From assembly GCA_023515795.1 (NCBI GenBank), contig JALGPX010000037.1, positions 1 through 64,000 on the forward strand: a stretch of 64,000 nt of DNA. Reading direction: 5' to 3'. Made by a program: the position numbers and the translations under genes. Under the pieces are notes generated by a model. The model ran no database searches. It had not been told where the DNA came from and saw only the letters and a list, made by a program, of their open reading frames with translations. Positions 61,366-64,000 of the stretch are shown piece by piece (position 1 is the stretch's first letter; each line of letters begins with the position of its first letter). This stretch comes from Amoeboaphelidium occidentale. Its lineage: Eukaryota.

Positions 61366-61773
61366 AGGCGGTTGAGATCTGAAAAATCTGATGTTCTGTG
61401 ATACGTAAATACAACAGCGGTTCAGCCATGATACACCAGAACCGATCATAAAGAGACAATAAATATTGAATGATTATCACTTTATAGAGCATTCCTTACA
61501 TGACTCTATATGTGATCATACCTGTATTACCTAAATGTAGAGTATCTACAGAGAATTTTGACTGAGTGGCTCCTCTACGATCTGTCCTTGGAACCCTTGT
61601 CCTCAACAAAATAAAATGCAGGCTCTGCAGATCTCTAGATCGTCTTTTGGGTGACCATACGCTATCGCAGTCCACGCTTGACTGTTGAAACTGCACAAAC
61701 TGCTGCGTGATTCGTCGAAATTTTCACACCGCTAAAACGCCCAGACTGTCGCACTGTTTCGGTTTTTCGAGAG

Positions 61774-63461
61774 ATGACTTCAAAGAATTTCATTGACGAC
61801 GAACAGAAGGCTTTTGACGAGAGGGTCAAGGTGATCAAGAAATGGTGGGCATCAGATCGTTTCAATGGTGTAAAGCGTCCTTACACTGCTGAAAGTGTTG
61901 CTGAGTTGCGTGGTACTTTCGAACAGTCATACGCTTCAAACCAACAAGCAAAGAAGTTATGGTCCCTGTTGCAATCGCATCACAAGGCCAAGACTGCTTC
62001 CCACACTTTTGGTGCGTTGGATCCTATTCAAGTTGCTCAAATGGCAAAGTACATTGAGACTGTTTATGTTTCAGGTTGGCAATGTTCTTCAACTGCTTCA
62101 ACTTCAAATGAACCTGGTCCTGATTTGGCTGATTATCCTATGGACACTGTACCAAACAAGGTTGAACATCTGTTTTTGGCTCAGTTGTTTCATGATAGGA
62201 AACAATATCAAGCAAGAATGAGTGTTTCAAAGGAAGAACGCAGTAAGCTTGGCCCTGTTATTGATTTCCTAAGACCAATTGTTGCTGATGCTGATACTGG
62301 ACACGGCGGTATCACTGCAAATATGAAGTTGACAAAGATGATGGTTGAGCGTGGTGCTGCTGGAGTTCACATTGAAGATCAGGTAATTTGCTTTTTATGT
62401 ATCTAGCTTATGTGTAGGCTGCTGGAACAAAGAAATGTGGTCATATGGCCGGAAAGGTATTGGTTCCAATTTCTGAGCATATCAATCGTTTGATTGCTTT
62501 GCGTTTGCAATGTGACATTATGAACACTGAAACCGTTATCGTTGCCCGCACTGACTCTGAAGCTGCAACATTGATCACTTCCTCTATTGACTATAGAGAT
62601 CATGCGTTCATTCTTGGAGCTACTAAACCAGTTGAGCCGTTGGTAAAAGTTTTACAAGATGCCGAAAATGCTGGTAAGACTGGTGATGCATTGCAAAAGA
62701 TTGAAGATGAATGGTTGGAGAAGGCACAGCTGAGATTGTATGGCGATGCCGTAACTGATGCATTAAAGAAGGCAGGAAAAGGCGACAAGGCTATCAAGGA
62801 ATGGCAAGAAAAGTCACAGCTTATTAGTCACGCAGATGCTGCTGCATTGGCTAAAACTATGGGAGTTGAAGTACACTTTGACTGGGATTCTCCAAGAACC
62901 CGTGAAGGCTTTTATCGCTACCAAGGTGGAACCAAGTGTGCAATTAATCGTGCAGTTGCTTTTGGACCTTACTGCGATTTGTTGTGGATGGAAACTAAGA
63001 AACCAATTAGGGCTCAAGCAAAGGAGTTTTCTGAGGGCGTTTTAGCTAAACATCCAAACAAGTTGTTGGCTTACAATTTATCGCCTTCATTTAACTGGGA
63101 TGCTGCTGGTATGACTGATCATGAATTCGAAACCTTCATCAAAGACTTGGGTAAAATGGGTTTCTGTTGGCAATTTATCACTCTTGGCGGTTTCCACTGC
63201 AATGCATTGTCTATTGACACCTTTGCAAAAGACTACGCAACAAGAGGAATGGCTGCTTACGTTCAAGGTGTTCAGAGATTGGAACGTGAAAGAGGTGTTG
63301 AAACTTTGCAGCACCAGACCTGGAGTGGTGCCAATTACTATGATCAATTGATCAAGGTTGTTCAAGGAGGTATTGCCTCAACTGCAGCCATGGGTAAGGG
63401 TGTAACTGAGTCCCAGTTTTCTGAAGGACCAGCAGAGACTAAGAAGAGAAAGGTTCAATAA
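61774..63461 (+). CDS. ICL1: Isocitrate lyase
   Basis: [38 protein letters not shown]; one intron. Confidence 0.97.
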
Positions 63462-63518
63462 ATGACGGATTTATTTGTGTTAGTCGCTAGTTCTTGGTCT
63501 TTTTGTGAGAGCAACAAC

Positions 63519-64000
63519 ATGGCAAGTAAAGATGAAAAAGCCAGAGTCATAGAAGCAGGTGGAGCTAAAATCACAATACAAAATGAAGACCCTTCTAATG
63601 TGTTTCAACTAGTGGAAGTTTTGGGTTCCGGATCATACGGAGAAGTTTACAAGGTACTTGCAGGAAGAGGATTGTGTCCTGACTTGTTTCAAGGGTCGAT
63701 CCATCAGTAGTGGAGAAATCTATGCAGTAAAAATCATAAAGCTTGAACCAGGAGAAGATTTAAAGGAAGTTTCCACAGAAGTGAATTTCTTACAGAGCTG
63801 CATTCATAAGAATATTGTTAGTTATGGCGGCTCGTTCCTGAAGAAGGATGAAGCAAAGGGAGAAGAGCAAATATGGGTATTTTTAAGCGTTACCAGTCGC
63901 TTAAATCGTAGATCATAATGGAGTACTGTGGTGCAGGTTCAGTGCGGGACATTTGTAAACTTGTGGATGGACCTTTGACAGAAGCACAGATTGCTGTGAT
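63519..64000 (+). CDS. Ste20/MAP4K-family kinase, 5' part (truncated)
   Basis: LGSGSYGEVYK, AVKIIKLEPGED, IMEYCGAGSV across introns. Confidence 0.88.

Noticed and set aside
61450..61770. Short palindromes upstream of ICL1 (e.g. GATCTCTAGATC, GTAGAGTATCTAC)
   Set aside because: Too short to distinguish from chance or ordinary promoter sequence.

Overview
Gene-dense eukaryotic DNA from an early-diverging fungal-lineage organism (aphelid, rozellid or chytrid grade; inferred from Chs7, isocitrate lyase, ciliary genes and standard TAA/TAG stops). It holds about 40 protein genes with mostly ~29-48 nt GT-AG introns, intergenic gaps often under 50 bp, and one intron-containing tRNA-Val(UAC). Main points of interest: (1) the window opens on the C-terminus of a Fanzor/TnpB-family RNA-guided nuclease, followed by a GU-paired, GNRA-capped hairpin array that is a candidate omega-RNA; (2) an accessory island between XPB and isocitrate lyase carries what looks like a decayed second Fanzor head-to-head with a ~1,040-aa Crinkler-type NTPase + PD-(D/E)xK nuclease gene; (3) an LRR-pseudokinase-pseudo-HECT fusion gene; (4) ciliary genes (NPHP1, tectonic, epsilon-tubulin, FAM92) and animal-type genes (FANCL, BARD1-like RING, TPX2-like) largely missing from yeasts; (5) a hairpin-structured 5'UTR intron and two candidate ncRNAs. 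Three N-gaps are flanked by near-identical duplications, which are probably allelic assembly artefacts. All gene models were spliced by eye and no database searches were run.
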